From Fibrobacterales bacterium (GTDB lineage Bacteria; Fibrobacterota; Fibrobacteria; Fibrobacterales; JAOPTW01), in contig JAOPTX010000035.1 of NCBI GenBank assembly GCA_051532055.1, positions 1 through 55,276 of the forward strand: a DNA stretch of 55,276 nt. Direction: 5' to 3'. Both the position numbers and the translations under genes were made by a program. The first letter of the stretch is position 1, and each line of letters opens with the position of its first letter. This document shows positions 18,644-27,541 of this stretch, one piece after another. Below the pieces are notes generated by a model. It made no database searches, was not told the origin of the DNA, and saw only the letters and a list, made by a program, of their open reading frames with translations.

Positions 18644-20176
18644 ATGAAACAGCTATTTTCACCTTTTATTACCCTAATTTTTGTTATAAGTGGATCAGTT
18701 ACTTCACTATCTGCTTCAGCTGCTCTGGGACAGGGAGCTAAAGGGACAGGAACTATTCAGTCGGCCATCCCTATAGAGCATAAAATGCTTAATGTGAGTG
18801 TTGGGTTTGAACACGCAAGTGGAACCGACCTTGGAGTAAAAAATATGAATGGCGTTGTGGCAACGACGGATCACTCTACGAGTAGTGAGGCCATTCGACA
18901 AACCAGTTATGCTGCTCTGACCTATGGATTGTTTACCTTCTTAGAGACAGGGTTGTATGTGCCTTATTATAGGGACAATTTATTGGGCAACGAAGAGACT
19001 GGCATTGGTAATGTGAAAACGTCCTTTAAATTTAATTATCCTCCATATCCACATAAAGGAGGGTTTGAACTCTCTTATTTGCTACAACTTGACTTTCCCA
19101 CTGGTGGAGAGGAGTACCCTAAAGGGTTTAATAGGCATGGATGGTATGCAACTGATAGTAATACAACTCCCTATGGTAATAGTAATGTAGTAACGACTCT
19201 TAAGCTTCTCACCACCGCTAACTTTGGTGCGATTGAGGGTATGTTTCCTTTACATCTTCATCTAAATTGGGGCTTAGTACTCGGGGCTGCAGATGCGAGT
19301 AATGTACTGCTTTTGGATGCTGGTGTTGATGTGAATATTAAAAAGTATGTTTCACTCTTTTGGAGTGCAGAGACTGAAGTGTTCGTAGATCATGCGACCA
19401 AAGAGATTCCGATTACTGACTATCCTATTGTTCACAGTGCAGGTATAGAGGCTCATGTTCCTGATATAAACCTTACGTTTACTGCTGGTGCAAAGTTTGG
19501 TACTAATATGCAGGACTCCAGTTATTATCTCATTAATGGAGAGTCAGTTGGATATTCTGTGGTTCCAGAAATGAGTATTTTTGGGGGCGTCTCATTTGGA
19601 ATTTCATTTTTGCCCAAAGATAGTGACGGAGATGGTGTTCTCGATAAAGTGGATTCATGTCCGAGAGATAAGGAAGATTTTGATGGTTTTGAAGATGGTG
19701 ATGGCTGTCCTGAAACAGATAATGATGGCGATGGTGTTCCAGATCAAAATGATAAGTGTCCGTTAAAAGCAGAAGATCGTGATGGTTTCAAAGATGAGGA
19801 TGGTTGTTTAGATGCTGATAATGACTTTGATACTATTCTGGATGATGACGACAAATGTCCTAATGAACCAGAAGATGGTGACTCTTTCGAAGATGAAGAT
19901 GGTTGTCCAGAGTTTGATAATGATAAAGATGGAATTTTAGATCTTGCTGATAAGTGTCCCCTTGAAGCTGAAGATCGTGATGACTATGAAGATGGCGATG
20001 GCTGCCCCGACATGGATAATGATAAAGATGGCGTTCCCGATGCTGTAGATAAATGTCCGAACAAAGCGGAAATTGTAAATGGATATCTCGATGGAGATGG
20101 GTGTCCTGATGAAGAACCTAAATTTAAAATGAAGAAAAAGAAAAAGAAAAAAAGAACGAGAAGAAAACGTCGATAA
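18644..20176 (+). CDS. Outer-membrane barrel protein with thrombospondin type-3 repeats and a polybasic tail (OmpA-family architecture lacking the OmpA domain)
   Basis: Signal peptide from ATG 18644 (AGGA SD); amphipathic beta strands; D.D.DG..D..D.CP repeats; ends KFKMKKKKKKKRTRRKRR. Confidence 0.85.
   Translation: MKQLFSPFITLIFVISGSVTSLSASAALGQGAKGTGTIQSAIPIEHKMLNVSVGFEHASGTDLGVKNMNGVVATTDHSTSSEAIRQTSYAALTYGLFTFLETGLYVPYYRDNLLGNEETGIGNVKTSFKFNYPPYPHKGGFELSYLLQLDFPTGGEEYPKGFNRHGWYATDSNTTPYGNSNVVTTLKLLTTANFGAIEGMFPLHLHLNWGLVLGAADASNVLLLDAGVDVNIKKYVSLFWSAETEVFVDHATKEIPITDYPIVHSAGIEAHVPDINLTFTAGAKFGTNMQDSSYYLINGESVGYSVVPEMSIFGGVSFGISFLPKDSDGDGVLDKVDSCPRDKEDFDGFEDGDGCPETDNDGDGVPDQNDKCPLKAEDRDGFKDEDGCLDADNDFDTILDDDDKCPNEPEDGDSFEDEDGCPEFDNDKDGILDLADKCPLEAEDRDDYEDGDGCPDMDNDKDGVPDAVDKCPNKAEIVNGYLDGDGCPDEEPKFKMKKKKKKKRTRRKRR
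19616..20110 (+). repeat. Five 99-nt (33-aa) TSP type-3 calcium-binding repeats
   Basis: xDxDxDGxxDxxDxCPxxxEDxDxxxDxDGCPx repeated five times. Confidence 0.92.
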
Positions 20177-20214
20177 CCAGTGATGAGTTAGATTTTAAAG
20201 AATGGGTTGCTGAA

Positions 20215-20586
20215 TTAAGTTGCCCATTTTTTTATGCATAAAAGTAACGCTTCACGGGTAATGGGCTTTGCTATGAAATCATTCATTCCCATTTTGTGGC
20301 ATGATTGAATGTCGATATTTTTTGTATGTGAGGAACTTCCTACTATAATGGTCTCAGTATTACCCATTTCAACACGTATCTTTTGAGTAGCTTCAATACC
20401 ATTCATTTGTGGCATGTTACAATCCATAATAATAAGATGAAACCTTTGTTGACTTAATTGTGTTAAGACCTCTATGCCATTCGATGCGGCTACGATAGTA
20501 TGACCTTGTTTTGATAAAATGGTAGACAATAGTTTTTGTGTAGCATAGTTATCATCTGCAATCAATATTGTGAGTGGATTCGTCAC
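20215..20586 (-). CDS. Stand-alone response regulator receiver domain
   Basis: ILIADDN, IIMDCNMP, AKP motifs. Confidence 0.92.
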   Translation of the reverse strand: MTNPLTILIADDNYATQKLLSTILSKQGHTIVAASNGIEVLTQLSQQRFHLIIMDCNMPQMNGIEATQKIRVEMGNTETIIVGSSSHTKNIDIQSCHKMGMNDFIAKPITREALLLCIKKWAT

Positions 20587-20629
20587 AACCTGTTCCCTCT
20601 CTCATAGGTCTACTGAAGTGTCAGTCTTT

Positions 20630-20986
20630 TTATTTTAGCCAAAAGGCGAGTTCTTCTGTGGTCTTTTCATGGTCACCAAGATTGAGCTCAATGATTTTTC
20701 TGAGATGGGTAAGGGTCTCTGTAGTGAGTGAGAAAAATTGGAGTCCAACATAGTTTTCATGATGGTGAACTGCTTCACATTCGAAAGAGAGTACTATGTC
20801 ACTCGCAGGTAAGGTGAGTTCTACATGGCATGTTTCACCATTTTTAATAGGAGGTTCAAAAGTAAAGCTAATAAGAGCCCCTTTGAGTGAAAGATCATGC
20901 AGTTCAGCATCAAAAAATTCGTCTCTATATTTGACTTTAGTTTCACCTTCAAAATGTATGCGGCTAAAATATCGCTTATTTTCCAC
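20630..20986 (-). CDS. PilZ domain (c-di-GMP-binding) protein
   Basis: RYFSR (RxxxR) and DLSLKG (DxSxxG). Confidence 0.9.
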   Translation of the reverse strand: MENKRYFSRIHFEGETKVKYRDEFFDAELHDLSLKGALISFTFEPPIKNGETCHVELTLPASDIVLSFECEAVHHHENYVGLQFFSLTTETLTHLRKIIELNLGDHEKTTEELAFWLK

Positions 20987-21131
20987 AGGTAACCCGCGCT
21001 AAATTCTATAACTATTATACCATATTTTGATAAATTGTGCAATTTTGCCGGGTCTTTTGCAGGGGTAATAGGGGGAGTGTACATTCCATTAAAATATTTT
21101 TACATTGCTTTCGTGATGGTATAAGAGTTGG

Positions 21132-22169
21132 GTGAGTGTGCAAAAAGTACTTATGGGTTATTATGATCGCTATAGGCGGTTTATACCGGCTGGTGCATTT
21201 ATTGGCGGGTTCCTTTGGGATAGTATTACTTTAGGAGTTAAGATTGAAGTAACAGATCTTTGGATATTAACTCTCTATTACCTTGGTGCTACTGCTTTAA
21301 TAAGTCTGCTTTCATTCGAAAAGAAGTGGCGGTGGTACGAGAAATACCCTCTTGCCCTCCAGTTTCTACAAGGAAGTCTTTTTAGTGCCCTTGTGGTCTT
21401 CTATTTTAAAAGTAGTCATACGAATGGGACCTATATTTCGGTCATATTTCTGAGTCTGGTACTCTGTATCAATGAGTTTTGGTCGGGTCACCTTAATCGA
21501 AGAGGGGTGCTTCAAGGTCTCTATACTCTCTGCGCTACAATGTATCTTAATTTCCTTATCCCTCATTTGGTCGGGTCACTTTCGTCTTTTTGGTTTATCA
21601 TAAGTCTCTTCATTGCCCTTGGACCGTCATTTTACTTTCTGAAAATACGTAAGCTTCCGTTGGTGGCCTTACGTACACCATTAGCAGTTGCAGGGGCTCT
21701 TTTGCTTCTTTTTGTGTTGGGTCTCATTCCTCCGGTGCCACTCGTGCTGAAGGATCAGGTCCTTTGTCGGGAATTATCAATTACTCATAATAAATACCGC
21801 TGTATAGTGCAAAAACCATCATTATTAGAACGTGTCGGATTGCAAGAGCATTCACTTACTCTCCCAATGGGAGAAAAGATATGGTGTTTGACTTCTGTTT
21901 TTGCACCGCTTGCTGTAACTGCAGAGCTCGAACATCGATGGCTTTGGTTTAATAGTGAGGAAGATGAGTGGGTATTGATTGATACTGTAGCATTTGTCCT
22001 TAAAGGAGGGCGTGATGCTGGCTGGCGTTTCTATTCTTCTAAAGCGAAGTGGCGAACTGGGTTATGGCGTATTGAAATAGCTCTCCAGGGAGGAGGAGTA
22101 ATTGGGTATACAGAAATGGATATTGTGGAAGGAGCCCATAGGGAGGGAGCGATTCACATGTTGCAGTAA
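21132..22169 (+). CDS. Multi-pass membrane protein with C-terminal DUF2914 domain
   Basis: F.GGF.WD..TLG, about 7 TM segments, IPPVPL, SVFAP, GGRDAGWRFYSSK, GLWRIEI. Confidence 0.8.
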   Translation: MSVQKVLMGYYDRYRRFIPAGAFIGGFLWDSITLGVKIEVTDLWILTLYYLGATALISLLSFEKKWRWYEKYPLALQFLQGSLFSALVVFYFKSSHTNGTYISVIFLSLVLCINEFWSGHLNRRGVLQGLYTLCATMYLNFLIPHLVGSLSSFWFIISLFIALGPSFYFLKIRKLPLVALRTPLAVAGALLLLFVLGLIPPVPLVLKDQVLCRELSITHNKYRCIVQKPSLLERVGLQEHSLTLPMGEKIWCLTSVFAPLAVTAELEHRWLWFNSEEDEWVLIDTVAFVLKGGRDAGWRFYSSKAKWRTGLWRIEIALQGGGVIGYTEMDIVEGAHREGAIHMLQ

Positions 22170-22200
22170 CTTACCGTTCGTCTTGTCTTGTCAGTGCGCG

Positions 22201-22698
22201 TTACTCAATTTCAAAATATTCACCACTATTCGCTGAAACAGGATTAGTTTCTAGAATTTGAGTATTCATCAATTTCATTCGATCGATCAATTGATATATA
22301 ATTTTGTCCTTGATCTTTTCACGGATTTCTGCACTGAGATTATTCATGAGAAGTGGATCGATTTTTAAGACAAGTGATGTTTCGAGTGCACTGACAGTAC
22401 TGGTGCGAGGAGCGTTGGTAAGGAATGAAACTTCTCCAAAAAACTGTCCCGGCTTTAGTTCGGCTAGAGGTTGAGAGTGGGTACTGTGGGTTACTGATAC
22501 TGAACCCGAAAGTAAAATATAAAACACAGCATCTTTGGTATTTTCTTCAATAAGTATTTCACTCGCTTCATACTGTAGAATATTAGTAAAGCACGAGGCT
22601 ATTTTCTTTTTTTCAAGAGGTGCAAAAAGTTCAAAAAAAGGAAGACGTTGAATAATATCAAAAATTTTTCCATTGCCGACAGTGGTGATCTCTTTCAT
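22201..22698 (-). CDS. Cyclic-nucleotide-binding domain protein
   Basis: FYILLSGSV, GQFFGEVSFL, PRTSTV. Confidence 0.9.
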   Translation of the reverse strand: MKEITTVGNGKIFDIIQRLPFFELFAPLEKKKIASCFTNILQYEASEILIEENTKDAVFYILLSGSVSVTHSTHSQPLAELKPGQFFGEVSFLTNAPRTSTVSALETSLVLKIDPLLMNNLSAEIREKIKDKIIYQLIDRMKLMNTQILETNPVSANSGEYFEIE

Positions 22699-22779
22699 TG
22701 GTGCAATTTGGTGAAATGCTTAATTGAGTATAGCACAGATTGAGTGTATTGTGAAGAATTAAATGTGAGAGCTTACTAT

Positions 22780-23595
22780 TTAGTAGAGGGGACCGCCAGC
22801 AATACGATCGTTACACACGGGGCAGTGATCTGAACAACGGGTTATACCGGGGTGTTTAGTGAGGCCTTCAGTGAGTAATGTGAGTGCAGGTGATGCTTCA
22901 ATTATCATGGTTTTAGCACTTCCCATAGTTGTATTGATCGTTGCTTTTTTTATGATAGGTAAAAGAGCTTGAAACCCTTCAGAACAGCCTCCTACAGAAA
23001 CAGGTACTGTTTTGTGGTCAGATGCTTCTGTCCATCTTAAAAAGGGTTTTCCACCGATACATTCTTCTGCGTAATGAATCAGGGTGAGCTTGGTAAGTAG
23101 TACACCAATACAGAGTATTACTCCTGAGTGAGCGACGATTTCTCTCAGTGGCGCCGCTACGTTGAGGTTTGTTTGACTGCCGCATATTTCTTGAGCGAGG
23201 GGGCCGACAGCGGTAAATGAGCAGAGTGCGTTGTTGCCGCGGACAGCATCAGTGTGATTGAGCACTGTTTTTGAGAAGACCCCCATGTCAGAGTCGATCT
23301 CTTTTGTGTCTGGTGTAAAGGGGGGCATGTCTTTATAGGCCCATTGGCCAGCGTAATTCCATGCATTACGCAAGGGGCGATGCATTTCGTCTGGGGGGGT
23401 GAGGAAGTCCCATGAGTGGGTTGGGGCTACAATAGTGTTACCTCTAGATAGAAAAATTTCTAAAAGTTGCTCTGGGTTAAGGGAGTTGTCTTGAGGTGCT
23501 GAAAGGGCCGAAAAGGCAGAGTGGATAGCAATGACCCGGTTATTCAGATTGTAGGTGTCCAAAAAGGAGGTAATGTCTGCTGTTGTAGTGGTCAT
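22780..23595 (-). CDS. AAC(3)/YokD family N-acetyltransferase
   Basis: IHSAFSAL, APTHS, MGVFS, SFTAVG, TLIHYAEE, GCSEGF. ATG at 23595 avoids overlap with the divergent gene. Confidence 0.82.
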   Translation of the reverse strand: MTTTTADITSFLDTYNLNNRVIAIHSAFSALSAPQDNSLNPEQLLEIFLSRGNTIVAPTHSWDFLTPPDEMHRPLRNAWNYAGQWAYKDMPPFTPDTKEIDSDMGVFSKTVLNHTDAVRGNNALCSFTAVGPLAQEICGSQTNLNVAAPLREIVAHSGVILCIGVLLTKLTLIHYAEECIGGKPFLRWTEASDHKTVPVSVGGCSEGFQALLPIIKKATINTTMGSAKTMIIEASPALTLLTEGLTKHPGITRCSDHCPVCNDRIAGGPLY

Positions 23596-23660
23596 TTTGG
23601 GCCAAAAAATAGGTTCCAAAGGAAGATAAGAAAAATGTGATTCAAAGTTGCAATAATTTC

Positions 23661-23687
23661 TCAAGATTAGAGGGTCGAAGCCGATAT
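23661..23687 (+). promoter_or_regulatory. Sigma-28 (FliA) promoter
   Basis: TCAA-N15-GCCGATAT, ending 18 nt before the ATG at 23706. Confidence 0.7.
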
Positions 23688-23705
23688 GTAATAGTGGAGC
23701 ACTAT

Positions 23706-24596
23706 ATGATTACTGATTTTGTTTTAAATCCATCTGTTCGAGGTCTCAGAGCCAATAGTTTTGGTTCTGCTGGTGAGGCTGTGCCTGTTTCAGGCGCTGA
23801 GTCAGTTGTCGATTTTGGTGCAATTCCAGAGAATGCTCAAAAAACTCAACGGGAAGGGGGGGCGGTCCAAGGAATAGCTCAAAATGCCTATTCTCTTGCA
23901 CTTTCACCTGAAGCACAGGCATTGTTAGCCCAACAAGCTCCAACTACCGATAAATCAATAGGAATAGATTCACGTTCTTCTGTTAAAAGTACACCTTCAG
24001 GTAAAGAGACCTCAGTTTCAGATACATCAGCAAAGGCTCCCATTGATGATGCAGAATTAAGTGAAGAGGAACAGGCTCAGGTAACAGAAATGAAGGCGCG
24101 CGATCAAGAAGTGCGTACTCATGAGCAGTCTCATTTAGCGGCAGCTGGCCCTAATGCACGGGGTGGTGTAAAATTAGAATATGAGAGTGGCCCTGATGGC
24201 AAACAATATGCGGTTAGTGGTCATGTCGATATCGATGTTTCAAAAGCTGATACCCCAGAAGAGACTATCACTAAAGCAGAGCAGATACAACAAGCGGCAC
24301 TGGCACCCGCTGAACCTTCTTCAAAGGATCGACAAGTTGCAGCAGAGGCAACACAGCTTGAGAGTGAAGCCCGTGAGGAATTGCGAGAAGAAACACACGA
24401 GGGAGTGACCGAAGTCACTGGATCCTTCTCAACTACCGATGATACGAATGAAGGTGGGCACGAGTCCCTCAATCAAAATACTTCAAAAAATGAAATCATA
24501 CCAACAGCAACTACCCGATCATTACAGTCTGGGCTTAATCAACGCTTTAATGGGTATCAATCTCAAAGTGGTGGGTTACTCAATATTGTAGCGTAA
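23706..24596 (+). CDS. SprA-related (PF12118-type) putative metalloprotease family protein
   Basis: RDQEVRTHEQSH, GPDGKQYAVSGHV.ID, AALAPAEPSSKD. GGAG SD precedes ATG 23706. Confidence 0.88.
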   Translation: MITDFVLNPSVRGLRANSFGSAGEAVPVSGAESVVDFGAIPENAQKTQREGGAVQGIAQNAYSLALSPEAQALLAQQAPTTDKSIGIDSRSSVKSTPSGKETSVSDTSAKAPIDDAELSEEEQAQVTEMKARDQEVRTHEQSHLAAAGPNARGGVKLEYESGPDGKQYAVSGHVDIDVSKADTPEETITKAEQIQQAALAPAEPSSKDRQVAAEATQLESEAREELREETHEGVTEVTGSFSTTDDTNEGGHESLNQNTSKNEIIPTATTRSLQSGLNQRFNGYQSQSGGLLNIVA

Positions 24597-24617
24597 TACG
24601 GCAACGAATCTACTCAA

Positions 24618-25424
24618 TCATTCTTGTAAATCAATCAAACCTTTTATTCCATAGATATTGGTTGATCCAAGTTCTGGATGTATCGACCTGCTATAAAATG
24701 AGTGTTGCCTAAAAAGGTTGAGCACCACACCAAGTGACCACGTAAAAGGTTGTGATGAAAGCCCCATTTGGAGGGTGAATTCGGGGAATACATCCCAGCT
24801 GACTCCATATTGTTTTCTCCAATTACCATTTTCCCCTTCACGTATTGCTGTTGAGAGCTTGAGCTGTGAGTTAACCTTGTAAGCGGCCCCTATAGATATG
24901 AGCATTGGTTGTTGCATTGATCCCGGAGAACTGACGATATTTGAAAGGGTCATGCCCATTGTTATTTGAGGGAGTGGAGCTGCTATCATACCTGTTTTGA
25001 GCACTCCACTTATATACTGTCGACCAGGGAAGTATTCCGAATTGATCGTGCCTTGAAGCCCAAAAGTAATCCAGTCCCAAAAGGTGTGTGCAAGACTCAG
25101 TCCATATTGAGTTTGAGAATAGAGATGCACCGACTCTGTTTTTGCAATATCCAGTGCGAAGGATATTTCATATAGGGAGAAGGCGACACCTCCTTGAGTG
25201 TGGGAGAGGCCAGGTATTGAGTAGGGCGAGCAGGCTGAAATATTGACGTCGATAATTTTAGAGGGTACTCGAATGGCGGGGTTGTTACTGGATGTATGAG
25301 AGATCGAATCAGTTAGAGTACTACTTCCTGCAAGGCCAGTAGAGATGTCACAACTGAAATGATTGCTGTTTGGAAAGGTGAGTGTCAGGGTGAGAAGGAC
25401 GAGTATAAGAGTTGTGCGAATCAT
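24618..25424 (-). CDS. PorV/PorQ-like outer-membrane beta-barrel
   Basis: Signal peptide, NNPA, alternating beta pattern, C-terminal HPELG. ATGA overlap with the upstream gene. Confidence 0.6.
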   Translation of the reverse strand: MIRTTLILVLLTLTLTFPNSNHFSCDISTGLAGSSTLTDSISHTSSNNPAIRVPSKIIDVNISACSPYSIPGLSHTQGGVAFSLYEISFALDIAKTESVHLYSQTQYGLSLAHTFWDWITFGLQGTINSEYFPGRQYISGVLKTGMIAAPLPQITMGMTLSNIVSSPGSMQQPMLISIGAAYKVNSQLKLSTAIREGENGNWRKQYGVSWDVFPEFTLQMGLSSQPFTWSLGVVLNLFRQHSFYSRSIHPELGSTNIYGIKGLIDLQE

Positions 25425-26320
25425 GGTTGGATAACAATGGGAGTTTTAGAAAGAGGTTCGTTATTAAATTGACTGGTAAGTATATAAAGGCCGGGGTGAC
25501 TCATTTGGCCATTAGTGCGTGATCCATTCCAGTGGAGTTGTGTTGTGCCACTTTCACTGATAAGTTCTTGCATAACCCTATATCCAGAGAAGTCAAATAC
25601 TTGCCAGCGAAAGGTCTCATTAACTTTTAAGGTGAGTGTCCCGTTGATACAGGTTTCTGGAGTGTCCCCGATGCAGTTTCTATCACTTAAGGAGAATGAG
25701 TTACTGAGAGTGTCGATTGGTACAAGAGCCCCAGGAGTTCCGGTTTCAAAAGATGGCGAGCTATTCCATTGATCTGAGAATGGCGAGAGGCGCGTAAGTG
25801 CAGTTCCTGAGGTAACCTGAGAGGCACTCCATGTTACTGAGTCAGTAATGAGAGCTGGTGATGTCGTTATTAAGAATGCTCCTCCGCTATTTGAGAGAGT
25901 GTACCATTTAGGTGGTTGAATGATACAGAGTCTAAGGGTACCGTATACCTCTTTAAAGGTAATGGAATCTTGAGTGAAGACGCACTGCTCCATAGGCTTA
26001 AGTTTCTTTTTTGAATTTGGTTCCACAAGTGAATAGGGTTTTCCTCCTTTGTGAGAGGGCGTTCGGAGAGTGAGAGTTGTTAAGGAGATTGAGTGTTCAG
26101 ATCTGTTACTGAGTTCGTACCATTCGGGCTGATCGCCAGTAGGTGCTGGATAGAGTTCAGAAATGAAAAGATCGCCTGGATCAATCTGAATACATTCTGT
26201 GTTACTAGGCAGTGTGGCATCACAGTACAGTAGCGTTTCTTCAGAAAAATTATTCGCTGCAAAAAGCGGTGGATAGCTTAGGCAGAATAGTAGACATGTA
26301 ATAGTTTTCATCATGTCCAT
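25421..26320 (-). CDS. Lamin-tail-domain protein with FlgD-Ig/T9SS-type C-terminal domain
   Basis: ISELYPAP...EWYELSN, LSNSGG, TPG; C-terminus VFDFSG...WNG...PGLYIL. Confidence 0.8.
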   Translation of the reverse strand: MDMMKTITCLLFCLSYPPLFAANNFSEETLLYCDATLPSNTECIQIDPGDLFISELYPAPTGDQPEWYELSNRSEHSISLTTLTLRTPSHKGGKPYSLVEPNSKKKLKPMEQCVFTQDSITFKEVYGTLRLCIIQPPKWYTLSNSGGAFLITTSPALITDSVTWSASQVTSGTALTRLSPFSDQWNSSPSFETGTPGALVPIDTLSNSFSLSDRNCIGDTPETCINGTLTLKVNETFRWQVFDFSGYRVMQELISESGTTQLHWNGSRTNGQMSHPGLYILTSQFNNEPLSKTPIVIQP

Positions 26321-26364
26321 TAGACGTTGATGAAAACTATTAGGGGATTATATGAGAGATAATG

Positions 26365-26400
26365 TTACTCTCTCATGAATTTAAATCTGAGAGAGAGTAA
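26365..26400 (-). terminator. Possible terminator hairpin
   Basis: TTACTCTCTC...GAGAGAGTAA inverted repeat downstream of the EEP gene. Confidence 0.4.
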
Positions 26401-26412
26401 ATGACTGTATAA

Positions 26413-27474
26413 TTACTGGGCAACAACATCCACTAGAATAAAGGCGTGGTCTGCTGCTGAAAGCGATACGCCGTCCCGTATTTCTGGACCGAGAGGGTGA
26501 ATGGAGTGGTGTATACTGGTGAGGTAGTTACGTGCCAGAACATAGTCGAGTTGTTCGGTAAGGGTTGATGTAGGGTCTCTGAGCTCGATACCATAGGTTG
26601 CTTTACTTGATGTGATGGATTCCCAAAGGTCAAAGAACCCATCATCACTCATTAACATTGCGTGTGCTGGGGCGCCAGGTTTTGAGTTGAGGTCTCCTAA
26701 TACGAGCTGTGGAGATGTACTGATGTAGCTACTGTCGAGAAAAAGGAGGAGTTCTTCGGCTTGAGGTGCATTATTAAAAACCTCAAAATGGGTGTTGTTA
26801 AGCTGCCAATTGGGGCCATTTCCCTTTTTAAAACTGGCTTGATGGACTGCTCTAATAGAACTCAAAGTAGTATTTAAATAAGGGAATGAAACACGTGTCG
26901 GCAGGGAGAAGGTGTCTTCTTGGGTTTTGGTAATGCTTTGTTTGTAGAGAAAGGCATTACCTTCTGCAAACATAAATTTGAGAGGAATGGTGTCAAAGGC
27001 CAAAGTGTCAAAAGCGAAGGGATTAAGTTGATGGAGGGTGGCGCTGTATGGGGGGGATGGGCTCTTTACATTGAGGGAATCAAGAAGTTGGTTGAGGAAG
27101 TCGGTGGTGTCTATTCCATGGCGCTCAAAATAGAGCACTTCTTGAAGGGCGACCACATCGGGGCTATAGTGAAGTATTGAGTCTGCCATAATTCCAATAC
27201 GTGCATTAGCCATACTTGAATCATATTCTGCATAGATGGTCTGAATTTTTCCGTAGAGGAGCTCAATGTTGGTTGCACCAAAGAGTGTGGTTAGATTAAA
27301 ACCAATAGCCATATTGAGGCTTGCAACACGGAGGGTGTCTTGAGGAATTGAAGTGTTGAGTGTTTGTATGCTTTTGTTTGTTTTGGGAGGGGGTGATGTT
27401 GATGAATTATCATCGGAAAAAAGGCACCCATTAAGTATTAAGAGTGTAATGGATAGTGCCAGTATCAGTTTCAT
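26413..27474 (-). CDS. Endonuclease/exonuclease/phosphatase (EEP) family lipoprotein
   Basis: Lipobox LNGC; VASLN, PDVVALQEV, NTH, GDLN, LDYV, ADH. Confidence 0.88.
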   Translation of the reverse strand: MKLILALSITLLILNGCLFSDDNSSTSPPPKTNKSIQTLNTSIPQDTLRVASLNMAIGFNLTTLFGATNIELLYGKIQTIYAEYDSSMANARIGIMADSILHYSPDVVALQEVLYFERHGIDTTDFLNQLLDSLNVKSPSPPYSATLHQLNPFAFDTLAFDTIPLKFMFAEGNAFLYKQSITKTQEDTFSLPTRVSFPYLNTTLSSIRAVHQASFKKGNGPNWQLNNTHFEVFNNAPQAEELLLFLDSSYISTSPQLVLGDLNSKPGAPAHAMLMSDDGFFDLWESITSSKATYGIELRDPTSTLTEQLDYVLARNYLTSIHHSIHPLGPEIRDGVSLSAADHAFILVDVVAQ

Positions 27475-27541
27475 AAATTCTCCGGATGAATGTAAATAAT
27501 ATAGTAGTTAGCGCAAAAGAGCGAAGATAATTCGATTTTAT

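Noticed and set aside
19616..20110. 99-nt periodic repeats as a CRISPR or DNA repeat array
   Set aside because: They are in-frame protein repeats (TSP3) with synonymous divergence and no repeat-spacer structure.
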